A stretch of 64,000 nucleotides of DNA, taken from positions 75,268,001-75,332,000 of the forward strand of contig NW_024704744.1 of assembly GCF_018977255.1 (NCBI RefSeq). Direction: 5' to 3'. Position numbers and translations under genes: made by a program. Origin of the DNA: Callorhinchus milii (taxonomy: Eukaryota). Under the pieces are notes generated by a model. It did no database searches, was not told the origin of the DNA, and worked only from the letters and a program-made list of their open reading frames with translations. Shown here piece by piece: positions 59,691-64,000 of the stretch. Position 1 is the stretch's first letter, and each line of letters opens with the position of its first letter.

Positions 59691-61590
59691 GGTATATATA
59701 TATATATATACATAAAATATAGAGTGCAGTGAAGACTCCATAAAATACACTATACCATAACAAATGGACAGGATTATAACCAATATATTTCATTCATTTC
59801 AATACTTTAATTTTAGTGCAATTTTGTGTTTCTGAGCTCTAGCCCAGGACAGTTATTGATAAAAAAAGTCTACCCAGCCCGTATCCTTCACCAAACTATG
59901 TAACCAGACTGTATTTTTTAAGTCTCTCAACGAGTTCTTGTCTCCCACCATTCACCCAACCCGCCCCCTCATTTTCCATCTAAATTTCAAATTTCTTCTC
60001 AAATACAGTCAAATTTCGAAAACAATCCAAAAAAAAGAAAATTATCCGAGGCACATAATATTTATTAGTTTATATTCCAGAAATATTTTATACAAAATTA
60101 GAATCTCATTGAGGTGCAAAGGTGCTCCTGTAGCCCTGAAAGTTGTAACATACAAATACGTACCTGGACAGACAGAAAGTTTTGCATATTTCTTTAAATA
60201 TCATACAGGATTTTAAGAAAATACTCTTGTTTCAGATTTCCTTCTTCTCCGCCCTCCCCCACTCCGCCTGGTGTTTAAGAGCAGGTTTGTGCTGGTCGTT
60301 TTGGGAACCAAAGGGGAAACCTGAAAGCTTGTGGATTTGATTCTGATAAAAATAGAGGCTTCTTCATCACCTGATTCCCTTTCTAAAAAATCGTCTGGAA
60401 ACCTTCCTGGCACGATGTATGGCAATTCTCTCTGGTGGCATCAACAGAGAACAAGGAGATGGCACACACAATCCCCCTGGCGGTTACTGCTTGAAAAAAC
60501 ACGGGAGAGCTCTCACCCGAGTCACTGTCGATAGTAGTCACATGGTAACTATTACTTGTCGTTTCTCCAAGATCCCACAAGATCTTCTAAAGCAGCCCAA
60601 CCGGGGAAGCCAAGTTGCCCCTTCCCTTTCCCATGTAGAGTGAGATTAAGAGTCAACGAAATCCGCTGGAATGCGAAGAAGGATTTGCTTCGCTTTGAGA
60701 TTCGGAGTGTCCCAAAACCGATAACCATCCAGCTTTACCCCTTGCACAGCACTAGGACTCTTCCCTTGAAGGTCTGCTCTCTGCCAGAGTGCTTGTTGAA
60801 GAGTGCCCCTGCACAGCACAGTTTACAATGCCCAAAAGTCCTATCCAAAACGGCCTTCTCTTTACTGTTTGCGATAACGGTTTGGTTTGAAATGTTTTTG
60901 GGGTTTTCCCCCTTGCATTCGATGATTTAAGTAACGTATTATATGAAATTATACAAATGGCCATAAAAAGAGAAAAGTGCACAAACAAAGCTGTGGATCG
61001 ATAATGTCCACAAAGCATTATTATACAATCATTGACAGAGCAAAGCAATGCCTCGTTAACATTACCGGTTCGTCTGGACCACTCTCCCGCATGCGCGGGA
61101 CGTCTTATTCCCGGAAGACAATCTCAGACCGTGCAATCCGTACGGGAATCTGTAGATCATTGCGGAGACACATTCCAATAAATCTTCAGATTAATATTCT
61201 TCCCTGGCACCTCTGCCAGGAAGTGCAATGTACAGACTACGGAAATAAGGGATGAAAAGAATATCATACGGGGGGGGAGACGGGGGGGGGGGCGGCAGGA
61301 GGTGAGAACTGAAAAAGAAATTAGCTTTACAAGAAACAAAAAAGCATCAAGCTTCATTTGGTTTATGCTCAGGCTGGGTTCGAGAGGAATTTTGTTAAAC
61401 AGTTTCACAGAATTCATGCAGGTATACAAAAAATAACCAATATGGTCCAAACAGGTAGTTTCATCTGGAACAAAAGCTGATTTGAGGTGTCTTCGCTCCA
61501 CCCCACCCCCGCTTACACAGGCACTGCCAGACGTGGGATCCCCTCGCCAAGTGGTCCATTAAGGCTGATTGACGGTGGCACTCGCTCTAC

Positions 61591-64000
<2,410 letters not shown>

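Overview
Eukaryotic, intron-containing DNA, most likely from a cartilaginous fish. This is an inference from the unrearranged L-V-J-C light-chain cluster and the Deu-domain SINE, L2 and CR1 repeat content. Three genes can be traced by hand with in-phase splice sites. (1) A single, apparently intact immunoglobulin light-chain cluster of the sigma family on the + strand (octamer/TATA, leader, V with perfect 12-RSS, J with degenerate 23-RSS, C, polyA; 11.9-15.2 kb). (2) The full coding region of SYNJ2 on the - strand (27 core exons, 51587->17511), convergent with the Ig gene. (3) The last three coding exons and 3' UTR of SNX9 on the - strand (64000->~59.7 kb). The rest is dense in two tRNA-headed SINE families, CR1 and L2 fragments (one near-complete L2 ORF2), two unclassified dispersed repeats and minisatellites. 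The most unusual items are the Ig cluster's position next to the SNX9-SYNJ2 block, an inverted orphan copy of its J-C intron upstream of V, the weak J nonamer, a G-rich WGCW-bearing intronic repeat, a 137-bp-arm palindrome between the Ig gene and SYNJ2, and candidate alternative SYNJ2 C-terminal exons. All work was by eye with no database searches; repeat boundaries are approximate.
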